Of a stretch of DNA of 53,181 nt, positions 29,301-38,485 are shown piece after piece. Source of the DNA: a virus (Duplodnaviria; Caudoviricetes); IMG/VR virus record IMGVR_UViG_3300005573_001133, positions 1 through 53,181 of that record, one strand, 5' to 3'. Numbering within the stretch: position 1 is the first letter of the stretch; each line of letters starts with the position of its first letter. The notes under the pieces are model-generated. The model had not been told where the DNA came from, did no database searches, and was given only the letters and a program-made list of their open reading frames with translations. The position numbers and the translations under genes are program-made.

Positions 29301-30684
29301 ACGAAAAGCTTACGAAGATATGACAAAAACAATTCTCTCGGCTTTCGAGGCAATTTTCTCGCAAAGCAAGAAAATTGCAGAAGAACAAAGAAAACTCGAA
29401 GAAGACAAACGCAAGGGAATGGACGAACTTCTTTCAGATGCAGTTCGGAACAATATTTCCTACAATGAATATATGAAACGACGGCTGGAAATTGAAAAAA
29501 AATATGCAGAGCAATCCAAAGAGCTACAAAAGCAAATGATAAGCGGTTGGAAAGCCGTCGGAATGGGTATTTCAGGAGTTGCCGAGGGGCTGAAAGGTGC
29601 TATAACAGAAAAATACAACGAAACTCTTGCTAATGCCAAAGGAAGCACGGAAGATTTTGCAAAATCTGCCGAGCAAGCCGGTATAATTTTGGGTCTCTCT
29701 TTGATGGAAGGTGCAGCAAAAGGACAAAAGGCTACAAAAGTTTTAGCCCAAACTCTTTTGCAAATGCTACCGAAATTCGTTGCAACATATGCAACGCAAA
29801 TTTGGGGTGCTTTTACTTCGCTCGGTCCTTGGATGATACCAGTTGCATTGGCTACTATGGGCACTTTGTATGCTTTGATGCGAGAAGCATATGCAGCAGA
29901 AGAAGGATATATGGAAGGTGTTAAGGAACGAAAGAAGAAAGGTCCAAGAGATACCCGTTTAATTTGGATAAATCCGAAGGAAGTAGTTTTAACAGAGGAA
30001 ATGGCGAAAAAGAATAAAGAAGTTTTAGAATTTATGTTCAAAACTGGACGGAGTGCAGAAGAATATTTTGAAAGTAAACCCCAATCTCGAAAAGAAGTTT
30101 ATATTCCATCACCTGCAAATCTCCAAAATGAAGAGATGATAAAAAAGAACCGAGAAGTTTTGGAATATATGTTTAAGACTTATCGAACAGCAAGACAATT
30201 TTATGAATCTAAATTATCACAAGGAAAAGAATTTATCTGGATAAATCCCAAAGAAGTTGTTCTGAATGAAGAGATGATAAAAAAGAACCGAGAAGTTTTG
30301 GAATATATGTTTAAGACTAATCGAACAGCAAGACAATTTTATGAATCTAAATTATCACAAGGAAAAGAATTTATCTGGATAAATCCCAAAGAAGTTGTTC
30401 TGAATGAAGATATGATAAAAAAGAACCGAGAAGTTTTGGAATATATGTTTAAGACTAATCGAACAGCAAGAGAATTTTATGAGGAAAAGATTAAAGAACG
30501 AAAAATAACAAGCTCTCCAATGAAAAATACCATAATAAATATTCCTTTTAATGACACCCGTATAGTTCAAAGACTGGAAAGAATCGAAAATGCTCTGCAA
30601 TCGGCAAGGTTATTAGAAGTGCGAAATAGGGTATATATCGAAGATAATCGTAAACCGGTGGTAAATCAATGGATTGGACGGTAA
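26365..30684 (+). CDS. Tape measure protein
   Basis: 1439 aa, helical, with amphipathic repeats and coiled coils. Confidence 0.92.
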   Translation: MAADALVSIGLDVEGITADAKKAVIAIQNELKNLPTNILSKNFQEVSNEARRMATDIKNSMAMLIVSGKQGSEEYKKLEEELKKVTAESKKFEEALKEVDKSLEDVGESGKKLGENTGKGFLEKFKEQIQSGNFNLGSILSGGGKLGVGIAAATGIIEGIKGIANAFQDLYKRGAEIDEMNDSLTRSFMQAGVSTEYLDTQIERANKFATELAFQYGFSKQQIKEYTAQVASLGGLVGPENEKLTKLALGVEKVTEGMVSGEEVIRAFTRGMADPEAASAMERLTKRFPALSNVLRDNVSTTEKLNNALQTLSPTFKQLEEDFAGSDSTFERFSMTLNEIKDKIASGFFDLVNEAIKPLNEALKKIDFSAIGEGIKSAMNVIKEYSQALFSYFKMIYEPIGNILKNLFNGIKEGWGNALSSTKSSLASFFNSIGSIFNFVKNLINGIIEFLRPLLEGIGKLVGDILSGVVEFISNTVGTIIQSFKSIFDEISKLFSDLFGEQVGESINVLDILKSILSEIGNVIKSILQITTQVLNITTKIAVSLVKEVFAAIRQIVNWLKTAYNFLAENIAKAISYVANLFASVYNWISNSITSFLKWLGLLETVKSVINAIYEGIKAAVQWIVDLANKVGNLFGSVEKFLGFRPDEAKKEGEKTGAKVAEGIIDSLRQQGKYLQDALGRYLSMSDEDLKRNKAKIQKLISESNQFLESIKGKSQYSDLYQGISASIQQLQTKLGSLKKEKIEKNELSSAFEKLSSALETSNQSLESFKKQYQETIASLTKSIEETQLETQKIVSERIYEERIAVLEAQKDKIKESGADEIQMQYQLLEIEKQIILEKQKQKENELQVEFEQKKKSLELAREEAKTKIEYAAKEMKEKIRYALEEARTKKQIEKATTEEDLERVEKELQTRMVKIDEETQRQKAEIDEKYNQYIFAVETQYQEKRKSLQESTNREIERKAKEVTQNVSKAITGEAKDVRKAYEDMTKTILSAFEAIFSQSKKIAEEQRKLEEDKRKGMDELLSDAVRNNISYNEYMKRRLEIEKKYAEQSKELQKQMISGWKAVGMGISGVAEGLKGAITEKYNETLANAKGSTEDFAKSAEQAGIILGLSLMEGAAKGQKATKVLAQTLLQMLPKFVATYATQIWGAFTSLGPWMIPVALATMGTLYALMREAYAAEEGYMEGVKERKKKGPRDTRLIWINPKEVVLTEEMAKKNKEVLEFMFKTGRSAEEYFESKPQSRKEVYIPSPANLQNEEMIKKNREVLEYMFKTYRTARQFYESKLSQGKEFIWINPKEVVLNEEMIKKNREVLEYMFKTNRTARQFYESKLSQGKEFIWINPKEVVLNEDMIKKNREVLEYMFKTNRTAREFYEEKIKERKITSSPMKNTIINIPFNDTRIVQRLERIENALQSARLLEVRNRVYIEDNRKPVVNQWIGR
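30127..30482 (+). repeat. About 2.6 near-identical 138-bp (46-aa) tandem repeats in the tape measure C-terminus
   Basis: AATGAAGA(G/T)ATGATAAAAAAGAACCGAGAAG at 30127, 30265 and 30403. Confidence 0.92.
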
Positions 30685-30685
30685 T

Positions 30686-31126
30686 ATGACCTACACGATT
30701 ACAATTTATGGAACAAACATAGTTTTAAACAATAAAACCCCAGCTATAAGCACTTTACAGGGATTAAGCGATATTGTATATGCCAATTTTGAGGTGCTCG
30801 GAATATATGGAACCTCAAAAATCGAGGGGGAAGAACAAACCTATTTTAACAATTCAATTATCAAACGTCCAATTGTTCGCAATACTTATACTATAAAAGT
30901 AGCTCCAAAACCTTTTGATTCAACTCATCTTGACCAATTACTTTCGGAAAATCTCTGGTCAAAAAAATATCATTATCTTGATTTTGGCAACTTTCCTTAT
31001 CGTGTTTCCTACTGCTCACAAACACAGGCATTGTGGATTACTATCGATGAGATTACCAAGGAAGATAAAAATGGACTGCGAAGCATAACTATTACGGTCA
31101 AAGAGGTTATGCCTTATGGCAGTTAA
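30686..31126 (+). CDS. Putative distal tail protein
   Basis: First gene after the tape measure; beta-rich. Confidence 0.5.
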   Translation: MTYTITIYGTNIVLNNKTPAISTLQGLSDIVYANFEVLGIYGTSKIEGEEQTYFNNSIIKRPIVRNTYTIKVAPKPFDSTHLDQLLSENLWSKKYHYLDFGNFPYRVSYCSQTQALWITIDEITKEDKNGLRSITITVKEVMPYGS

Positions 31127-32747
31127 TCGAAATGCAATATATCGCTATCAAACCTCACGAGTTCGCCTCGAATTTGTTCTTGGTGATACAACCTATCTTT
31201 CTAATCCATCAATAATTGACTTACCTTTTGATAGCATACTCAATACAATTAATCTGAAAAGAGCTTTTGATAACGATTTCCCATTTGGTATGCAGCTTTC
31301 GGATGTTCTGGAATTAGAATTCGACTTCTTAACACTCAGACAATGGAATTCCGATTTTGCAAATGCTTTGGAAAATGGTTTCGGAGATTCGTATCTTTTC
31401 AATCTTGGCTGGGATGGACAAGTTCAGAAAATTTTTGATATTCCTAACAGCATAAAAGTTTATGTCGATAATTCACTGGTTTTCTGGGGATTCCAAGAAA
31501 GAAAACCTGAGACCGAATATTCTATAAAAAACGATAAAATTACACTTAAAATTACATTCATTGACGCTTTTCGAGCAGTTTTAGAGAAATTTGCTATTGG
31601 TGAAGTCATCTGGGATTTCGACGATGTTTCTGTGAAAAATGAATGTCGAATCATTGATTATTATTATGAAAGCAATGTAGATTTAATGTATGTGCAGCGA
31701 TGGAATAAAAGAGTTGCGTTTATTTCGTGGAACAAATTAAAAGAATTAATTGATTATACTGCCTCTTATATTTTTAAAATTTTTTCACGGCAAAATTCTA
31801 TTGGAATAGCACTAAATTGGAACGTCTCGACCGATTTCCTACCAGGTTGGAACTTCTATTCCTTTAAGACGGACTCGAAAAGAATGGAAAAAGACCAATT
31901 GAAGCAACAAAACGAGCTCCAAATTGTTTGGGAAATATACGACAATAATCTAATCATAGGTGGATTAGCAAAGCAAACTGTTTCCACTTGGGACTTTTTG
32001 AAAAAGCTTGCCGAAAATTTCCTACAAAAAGTCTCTTTTGCCTATAATTCATCAGGGAATTTAGAAATACTTTTTGAGCCTTTCCCGAAAAATCAAATTT
32101 GGTCTCAATTTGATTCCGCAAAAATAGGCAAGGAAATAACAATCCGAAAAAATAAGAACTGGATAGGCTCAATAAAACAGCAGAATGAAGACGCTTTTGA
32201 GTTTGATTTTCAAACAATTGAGCATCAAAACTCAAATACCGAGGCAGAGAAATCAATCGAAATAGAAATTCTTTTCTCAAATGCTTGTCTTGGAAATACA
32301 TCGGAAACCCAATCGGTTGTAAACGATATCCAACTTTTCTATGCTCGAAACTTAATCAATCCCAAAGGTATCTATTTCTTTTCTGGGGAAGATTTTTACA
32401 AAGTTTCAGACCAATGTTATTTTTCCTATTATGGAGATTCTACACTTCCCGATGAATTAGTATTCGGTTCTGACCGTGAATTTATGGAGAAAGTTTCCTT
32501 TCGCTACCAAAAGTCTATGCACGAAATAATTCAAAAAGTAATCGAACAAAAAATGATGAAGGTGGGAAATTTTGAGATGGAGTTCGAGTATATGGACATT
32601 ATCCCAGTGCTTGGACATAAAGTTGAACTCACAATCCCACATTTAAACTGGGGAACTCAATATCCTGTAGTCGTGAACACCGAAATAGATTTATACAAAG
32701 AAACAACGAAAGTTAAACTATTTTGCTGGAAAGATGCCACTGATTGA
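31116..32747 (+). CDS. Putative tail hub/baseplate protein
   Basis: 543 aa, second gene after the tape measure. Confidence 0.5.
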   Translation: MAVNRNAIYRYQTSRVRLEFVLGDTTYLSNPSIIDLPFDSILNTINLKRAFDNDFPFGMQLSDVLELEFDFLTLRQWNSDFANALENGFGDSYLFNLGWDGQVQKIFDIPNSIKVYVDNSLVFWGFQERKPETEYSIKNDKITLKITFIDAFRAVLEKFAIGEVIWDFDDVSVKNECRIIDYYYESNVDLMYVQRWNKRVAFISWNKLKELIDYTASYIFKIFSRQNSIGIALNWNVSTDFLPGWNFYSFKTDSKRMEKDQLKQQNELQIVWEIYDNNLIIGGLAKQTVSTWDFLKKLAENFLQKVSFAYNSSGNLEILFEPFPKNQIWSQFDSAKIGKEITIRKNKNWIGSIKQQNEDAFEFDFQTIEHQNSNTEAEKSIEIEILFSNACLGNTSETQSVVNDIQLFYARNLINPKGIYFFSGEDFYKVSDQCYFSYYGDSTLPDELVFGSDREFMEKVSFRYQKSMHEIIQKVIEQKMMKVGNFEMEFEYMDIIPVLGHKVELTIPHLNWGTQYPVVVNTEIDLYKETTKVKLFCWKDATD

Positions 32748-33390
32748 AGCTAAACCAAGAAGCATTTCGCAAAGACACTACTTTGGACTGAAAAACCAAG
32801 TCATAACAACGACGGAAATCCAAACAGCGAAGAAGAATACAATCCCAAAATTTTCACTACCTATCAACCATTGGCATCCAGTAGCCACCTCAAACTTTAA
32901 GATTTATGGTAGTTTCAGCGGAAATTATCCGGTAGGCATCAACCACAAAGTAACTTTCACCAACATCCAGCTTGATAATAGAGAAAATGGTTACATTCAA
33001 TATTTCCCCAATCGAAAAGAATTCCAACTTTTTCCCAAAGGGATATATCAAATAGATGTTCATTTAGATTTGTGGCTTAATAATGCATCTTTACGGAAGT
33101 TAACAACTTTTGAGCTAAAATTGATAAAATTTTCACCTTACCAAATACAACCTATATCTTCTTATCACCTCAATGTTATCCCTATGTTTGTTGAAATTTT
33201 ATACGGGGAAACACAAAGATATTTTTTCCCCTTTGCTTGTGTGCAAGGTTCAATAATAATAGAAGTAACCCCTGATGATTTTATTTATCCAGTTTTTAAT
33301 TATCAAAGAATGCTAGATGGGACAGATATTGACATCAATGATTCATTTGAAGCATATATAAATTTTTCATATATAAAGGAGGTTTTATGA
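32734..33390 (+). CDS. Putative tail tip/receptor-binding protein
   Basis: GIYQIDVHL jelly-roll-like pattern; position. Confidence 0.45.
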   Translation: MPLIEAKPRSISQRHYFGLKNQVITTTEIQTAKKNTIPKFSLPINHWHPVATSNFKIYGSFSGNYPVGINHKVTFTNIQLDNRENGYIQYFPNRKEFQLFPKGIYQIDVHLDLWLNNASLRKLTTFELKLIKFSPYQIQPISSYHLNVIPMFVEILYGETQRYFFPFACVQGSIIIEVTPDDFIYPVFNYQRMLDGTDIDINDSFEAYINFSYIKEVL

Positions 33391-33938
33391 GAGCAAAAAC
33401 AATTGAGTATATCTATCAAAAAGGAATAATTGACATAGTTGATTCAGGAACTTTAACCGTCGATACAACAAATTCTTATGCAGAAGGTGATTATCTTCAC
33501 GATGGCGTAATTGTTTGGAACAATATTTTTCCCGAGCTAGTTGATTCTTTTATTCATCTCGAAAAAATTGAGGTTTTCGAGGAAATTCGGGGAACAGGTA
33601 GCCTCGTAAAACCAGCATTCGATTTGTATATCTTTAATAATTGTAAGGCTCAACCAAATGTTTCCAAAAACAATCCGTTTGTTTATTCCGATATTTTCAG
33701 CGATACTTATCCAATGGAAAATAATCTTGTAAAAGTCTCATTTCAAACTGCTGATTGGTTTGAGCATACCGAAGCATCTAATAATATTGCCGACGCAAAG
33801 GCTATAAAATCAGTTGATTTTTATCTTCGCAGCAACAATAGTCAACATTTGTTTGGCATTGCCATTGCAACCAAAGCTACCATCCCATTTGCCTCTTCTG
33901 CACGCTTTAAAATAGTATTATGGGCAACGTTGCTATGA
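33387..33938 (+). CDS. Hypothetical virion protein
   Basis: GGAGG RBS; coupled ORF. Confidence 0.55.
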   Translation: MRAKTIEYIYQKGIIDIVDSGTLTVDTTNSYAEGDYLHDGVIVWNNIFPELVDSFIHLEKIEVFEEIRGTGSLVKPAFDLYIFNNCKAQPNVSKNNPFVYSDIFSDTYPMENNLVKVSFQTADWFEHTEASNNIADAKAIKSVDFYLRSNNSQHLFGIAIATKATIPFASSARFKIVLWATLL

Positions 33939-33939
33939 T

Positions 33940-34887
33940 ATGGAAGAAAAAATCAAGGAATATATTGCTAAAAACCCATTCCTTTCAAATCGTAAACTTG
34001 CTGAGCTTATTTTAGAGAGAGAAAATTTCCCTTATACTCACGGAACTATGCGGCAAATTATAGGGCGATTAAGAAGCAAAATCGCTGAAAAATACGAAGA
34101 TTTTGAAACCGAAACCGCTCTTGAACTACCAGAAAGTTGGTATCACGAAGAAAAGGATTACGAAGTTCCAAGCCGAGAAAATAGAATTGCGGTTATAAAC
34201 GATATCCACATTCCCTTTCATTCAGTTGAAAATTTAAAAATTGCTCTGGATTATATTTACAACTGGCAACCTACTACTATAATTCTAAATGGCGATATAT
34301 TGGATTGCTACGCTATTTCTAGCTTTGCCCGAAATCCAAAGTATAGAGATTTCAACAAAGAAATTGAGCTGGGACGAAAATTTTTAGAATACATCCGCAA
34401 ACGTTTTGAAAATGTGCATATAGTTTATAAGTTTGGTAACCACGAACAGCGTTTACAATTCTATCTCTGGCGAAAAGCAGAGGAACTAAGTGAAGTTCAA
34501 GAAATACAACTCGAAAATCTTTTGCGATTATATCAATACGATATTACTTTTGTCAATGAAAACCAGTTAATTAAAATTGACAAATTATATGTCCTTCACG
34601 GACACGAAATTCCTTCTGGCGGCGGTTTGGTAAACATTGCTAGAAACATTCGTTTAAAATCAGCTGAGAATGTCCTTTGTGGGCATTTCCATCGCTCACA
34701 AGAAGATATTGTAACAACACTTAGTGGAAAAGCTATTGGAGGCTGGGCTGTTGGAGCTTTATGTGGCTTACGTCCACCCTATCGACCAGTTTCTTTTTGG
34801 AACGCAGGTTTTGCGCTCATTGAAAGAACAGATGATAGAACTTTCTCTATTGAGAATAAAAAGATTATTTTAGGGAAAGTTCTATGA
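33940..34887 (+). CDS. Calcineurin-like metallophosphoesterase with an N-terminal HTH-like segment
   Basis: DIHIP, NGDILD, GNHE, HGHE and GHFH motifs. Confidence 0.9.
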   Translation: MEEKIKEYIAKNPFLSNRKLAELILERENFPYTHGTMRQIIGRLRSKIAEKYEDFETETALELPESWYHEEKDYEVPSRENRIAVINDIHIPFHSVENLKIALDYIYNWQPTTIILNGDILDCYAISSFARNPKYRDFNKEIELGRKFLEYIRKRFENVHIVYKFGNHEQRLQFYLWRKAEELSEVQEIQLENLLRLYQYDITFVNENQLIKIDKLYVLHGHEIPSGGGLVNIARNIRLKSAENVLCGHFHRSQEDIVTTLSGKAIGGWAVGALCGLRPPYRPVSFWNAGFALIERTDDRTFSIENKKIILGKVL

Positions 34888-35146
34888 GGTTCGATTTTGT
34901 AAATTGCAGAATCATTGCGAAATAAATTTACCTTCGAGGTTCGATTTCGCACGTTGCAAAATCATTGCGAAATCATTACAAAAAAGAAAACAATTATAAA
35001 CAATTATGAACAATTTCTCTTTTCGATTTCCCTTGATTTTCTTGAATTTGAAGAGCTTAAAAAATGGGGTTGTGACCCTAACGGGGTCACTCACTCACCG
35101 CATCAAATCTTCATTTCCGCTGGTTCGTTGCAAAATCGTTGCTAAA
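34886..35146. other. Putative attP: arm-type repeats around a palindromic core
   Basis: 38-bp direct repeats at 34886 and 34936, (A)AATC(A/G)TTGC motifs on both sides, core GTGACCCTAACGGGGTCAC at 35072-35090 next to the integrase stop. Confidence 0.65.
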
Positions 35147-36150
35147 TGTTTCTCGAAATACTCAAAATCGGGGTTCCGCATATATTCCTTGAACTGAACA
35201 TTTACGCTTTGACCTGCAAGACGGGCACGAATATCAACTGGTATCCCTAACTGACTCCATCGATTGATAGCAGTCTTGCGAATCGTATGGAAATTCTTTC
35301 TTGGGTCAATGTCCAATTTCTTTCGTAATTCCCTAAAATCCTTTGCAAGCATTGCCCCACTGGGATATGGCACAGGTTTGGGAAAACCATTTTGTTTTGC
35401 TTCTTCTAATAACTGAATAACCTCCGGAAAAAGTTTATAAGGAAATAATCTAATCCGCCCCATTTTCCCGTGTATTATAAAACTATTCTCTTCTATATCC
35501 TGCCATTCCAATTTCACAAGCTCAGAAAGTCGCATTGCGGTGTAATATGCCAATTCCAAAGAAATCCGTAGGCGTTTATTCTTTTGTGCTGCTTCTATGA
35601 TTTTTGCCCATTCTTCATTGCTATATGTTCTTGGAGGCGGAGCTTGATATTTCGGTCGAATATCTTTGGTAATAGGATTCTTTTCTATCCATCCTTTTTC
35701 AACGCAAAAGTTGAAAAAATAATGGAGAGAACGCATTTTCCCATCCATCGAGTTATTACTAATCGGAAGTGTATTTCGCACTTCGATTATATGCTGTCGA
35801 ATAGCCTCATAATCATCAATAAACATATCATCAGCAGATAAAAATTGTCTAAATATCGAAAAATATTTCTTTTGTGTGCCTTTATTTCGTGTAACCAGCA
35901 CTTCTTTATAAAAAACTTCTTTTGCTTCTTGTAAAGTTACAGGGTGCATCCGATATTTTTTGAATTCCTGTATTCTTTCTGTAAGAATTTGCATTGCAAT
36001 GGTTCTATTTTGCGGAACCCATCGCAAATTTGTGGCTTTACGAACCCCATTTACAGAGGTGTATACCTTTCCGTTATGTGGATAACAGAAAGCACGCACA
36101 TACAGTGGATGCACCCACCTATTTTTCGACGGCTTGGCGTAACGGGGCAT
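35095..36150 (-). CDS. int: Tyrosine integrase
   Basis: TAMRLSEL (R), HGKMG (K), FHTIRK (HxxR), AGQ and C-terminal Y; SAM-like core-binding domain. Confidence 0.92.
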   Translation of the reverse strand: MPRYAKPSKNRWVHPLYVRAFCYPHNGKVYTSVNGVRKATNLRWVPQNRTIAMQILTERIQEFKKYRMHPVTLQEAKEVFYKEVLVTRNKGTQKKYFSIFRQFLSADDMFIDDYEAIRQHIIEVRNTLPISNNSMDGKMRSLHYFFNFCVEKGWIEKNPITKDIRPKYQAPPPRTYSNEEWAKIIEAAQKNKRLRISLELAYYTAMRLSELVKLEWQDIEENSFIIHGKMGRIRLFPYKLFPEVIQLLEEAKQNGFPKPVPYPSGAMLAKDFRELRKKLDIDPRKNFHTIRKTAINRWSQLGIPVDIRARLAGQSVNVQFKEYMRNPDFEYFEKHLATILQRTSGNEDLMR

Positions 36151-36153
36151 TAC

Positions 36154-36471
36154 TTACAAATATTTCTGAATTATTGCTTGATTGTATTCTTCTGCTTTCT
36201 TTTGATAATTAACAATATCTTTAATCCACCATATAAAATAACCGATGATAACTAGGTAAATAATACTAAACCAAAATAAAAATTGCTTACCTATCTGTTT
36301 TAAGTAAAGATAATGCACGCCCAAAATAGTGCAAATCAAAAGCATCGTTGGATTAATTTTTTGCCTCCAAAAGTCATAAATAAATTGCTGTTGCTCGAAT
36401 TCCGTCAATTCGTTAAATCGCTTAAATTGTGCTGGGGTTAAATAGCCCCGAATTTCAATTGGTAATTCCAT
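36154..36471 (-). CDS. TM2-domain membrane protein (possible superinfection exclusion)
   Basis: LGVHYLYLKQIGKQFLFW..IWWIKD motif; lies in the lysogeny operon. Confidence 0.75.
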   Translation of the reverse strand: MELPIEIRGYLTPAQFKRFNELTEFEQQQFIYDFWRQKINPTMLLICTILGVHYLYLKQIGKQFLFWFSIIYLVIIGYFIWWIKDIVNYQKKAEEYNQAIIQKYL

Positions 36472-36502
36472 AGAACCTCCTTTGATTTAGTTTAACATAA
36501 AA

Positions 36503-37132
36503 TCACGGAATCCATTCGACTTTGCGAACGACTCCGATAACTTTTAATTCTCGAAATCCATTGATTCTTTCGGGTTCATATTTAGGATTTATACTTTCAA
36601 GCCAAATTTCTTTCCCTTTAATTCGAAAAACTTTGCAAACAAGTATTCCATCAAGAACACCAACAATAATTTGCCCATCCCGTGGTTCAATATTCTCTTC
36701 AACGATAATTCTTGCACCATTTGGAATTTTAGGCTCCATACAATCTCCATTAACCTCAAAGGCAATAAATTTGGGGGAATATAAACGAATTGGTTCTTTA
36801 ATATATTCTTCCATAAATTCTGGTGTATAACCTTTTCCCGCATTAACTGGCACTCTTGAATGACGAAGAATAAGCATCTCGGGATATTCAACAGGTTTTA
36901 ATTGATTTTCCTTTGATAAGTATGGCTCACCATTGCCATATAAAAGCCAACCAATATTAATTCCTAATTCTTTTAATTTTCTTAAATTTTTTTGCGAAAT
37001 TCCCTTCCCACCCGATAACCATCGTGAAACATACTCAGGATAAACACCCAAAGTATCTGCGAACTTCTTTTTCTTCCCTTCAAACTTATCATCAATGATT
37101 TTTTTTAATCTTTCAGAAAAATTTTTTTCCAC
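36503..37132 (-). CDS. cI: CI/LexA-like repressor (HTH + S24 peptidase domain)
   Basis: N-terminal HTH, INIGWLLYGNGE, V.AG cleavage site, VNGDCMEP (Cys where Ser is usual), CK and VIGVV motifs. Confidence 0.9.
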   Translation of the reverse strand: MEKNFSERLKKIIDDKFEGKKKKFADTLGVYPEYVSRWLSGGKGISQKNLRKLKELGINIGWLLYGNGEPYLSKENQLKPVEYPEMLILRHSRVPVNAGKGYTPEFMEEYIKEPIRLYSPKFIAFEVNGDCMEPKIPNGARIIVEENIEPRDGQIIVGVLDGILVCKVFRIKGKEIWLESINPKYEPERINGFRELKVIGVVRKVEWIP

Positions 37133-37160
37133 TTAAACACCTTGATTTTATTAGACTTAC

Positions 37161-37244
37161 AAATTTGTCAAAAATTTTTTTTATAAATTTGTCAAAAAAG
37201 ACTTGACATTTTTGTTTTTTTTTATTAATTTTGTATTTGGTATT
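37161..37244. promoter_or_regulatory. Immunity switch: operator repeats and rightward promoter
   Basis: AAATTTGTCAAAAA at 37161 and 37185; TGTCAA-N7-TTGACA at 37190-37208; TAATTTTG at 37226. Confidence 0.6.
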
Positions 37245-37268
37245 ATTCATAACTTTTATAAACTTATT

Positions 37269-37451
37269 ATGCATAACAAAATTAAACAAAAAAATCCAAA
37301 AAACAAAACCTTCCGCAATATCGCATTAATAAAAGAAGAAGAGACTTTACTAATCGATTATTTGAAGCAAAAATTGAATTTACCATCTCGCCGTGAAGCA
37401 ATTCTTTTTGCGGTAAAAAAAGCAATTGCGGAACTGGAAAATGGAAAATAA
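37269..37451 (+). CDS. Small Cro-position regulator (RHH-like)
   Basis: First gene divergent from cI; NIAL..LKQKLNLPSRREAILFAV pattern. Confidence 0.6.
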   Translation: MHNKIKQKNPKNKTFRNIALIKEEETLLIDYLKQKLNLPSRREAILFAVKKAIAELENGK

Positions 37452-37650
37452 GTATCAAAGGTTATCAATTAATAAATTATCAAAGCTCACGGGAATCTCC
37501 CGCATTACTCTTATGACTTGGCGTGAACTGGGTTGGCTGCGTCCTTCTTGCCGCATCGGTTCACGCTTTCTTTATTCTTGGGAAGATTTCCGTAGAGCTG
37601 AAAAATTGTCTCTTATCAATGGAGGTTGTTATGATACGAAGTCCGCCTGA
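37441..37650 (+). CDS. MerR-like HTH protein/excisionase
   Basis: SINKLSKLTGISRITLMTWRELGWL..R..Y..ED motif. Confidence 0.75.
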   Translation: MENKYQRLSINKLSKLTGISRITLMTWRELGWLRPSCRIGSRFLYSWEDFRRAEKLSLINGGCYDTKSA

Positions 37651-37705
37651 ATAACTTATTTGAATTACTTTCTTGAAATTTTTATTAACAAATAAAAGGA
37701 TTAAA

Positions 37706-37915
37706 ATGCTCAATGAAGATTTAATAAAAATATTAACAAAGATAAAGGAAATACTTGACCTAACGAATCAACATCTTGGGGAAAATTTTGCTGAAAGAAT
37801 AAGGAACAGCGAGCCTACCACTGACTTTCTCGGCAAACTTCTTGATATTAAAAAACAAATCTGGGATTTACAATCCTTGATAAAAAACGCTAATAGACCA
37901 CTTTATTATGATTAA
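37706..37915 (+). CDS. Hypothetical protein
   Basis: AAGGA RBS, in the early operon. Confidence 0.55.
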   Translation: MLNEDLIKILTKIKEILDLTNQHLGENFAERIRNSEPTTDFLGKLLDIKKQIWDLQSLIKNANRPLYYD

Positions 37916-37926
37916 ATGGGGGATTT

Positions 37927-38256
37927 ATGACTGAAAAAATTGAAAATGTATTTAACTTCCTTGACTTCTTCGCAATCAGAAGAAGTTTATATAAACAACT
38001 CGTTGCTTTTCAAGAATCGCTTGATAGCAAATTCTCGGAATACAATGAAGGTGATATTTCATCTTCAGAAGCTATTCAATTTGCATTCCAAATAATCTCT
38101 CAAATTCTCTCTCCCGCAGAATTGGAAAAATTTATAACCGATTTTTACAAAGATATTTCTCAAATGCTGCAAAAACGCATATCGGACATCGAAAATTCTC
38201 TTCTCAATATTCAAATAATTTACAAGGAGAATAACAATGAACGAAAATCTAATTAA
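37927..38256 (+). CDS. Hypothetical protein
   Basis: ORF with RBS in the early operon. Confidence 0.6.
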   Translation: MTEKIENVFNFLDFFAIRRSLYKQLVAFQESLDSKFSEYNEGDISSSEAIQFAFQIISQILSPAELEKFITDFYKDISQMLQKRISDIENSLLNIQIIYKENNNERKSN

Positions 38257-38485
38257 AAAGAAAATCGAGGAGTATCAACTCCTCATAGGTCAATTAGCAA
38301 TCCTTTGTAATAACTTGCGAGCAATACATACTGATTTTATCACTTATCGAAGCCCTGAACAAAGAATAAAGGAATTTGAATCGAAAGAAGCTCGAACTTT
38401 CGATTATATGCGTCGTTTATTGGAAACTTACACTGACTACAAAATACTTACCCCACAATCGGAGGCTTACTATGAACAACTTTGA
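38237..38485 (+). CDS. Hypothetical protein
   Basis: AAGGAG RBS. Confidence 0.6.
   Translation: MNENLIKKKIEEYQLLIGQLAILCNNLRAIHTDFITYRSPEQRIKEFESKEARTFDYMRRLLETYTDYKILTPQSEAYYEQL

Noticed and set aside
34886-34973. tRNA gene (GGTTCGATT T-loop-like sequence)
   Set aside because: No cloverleaf can be formed; the motif is part of the att-arm direct repeat
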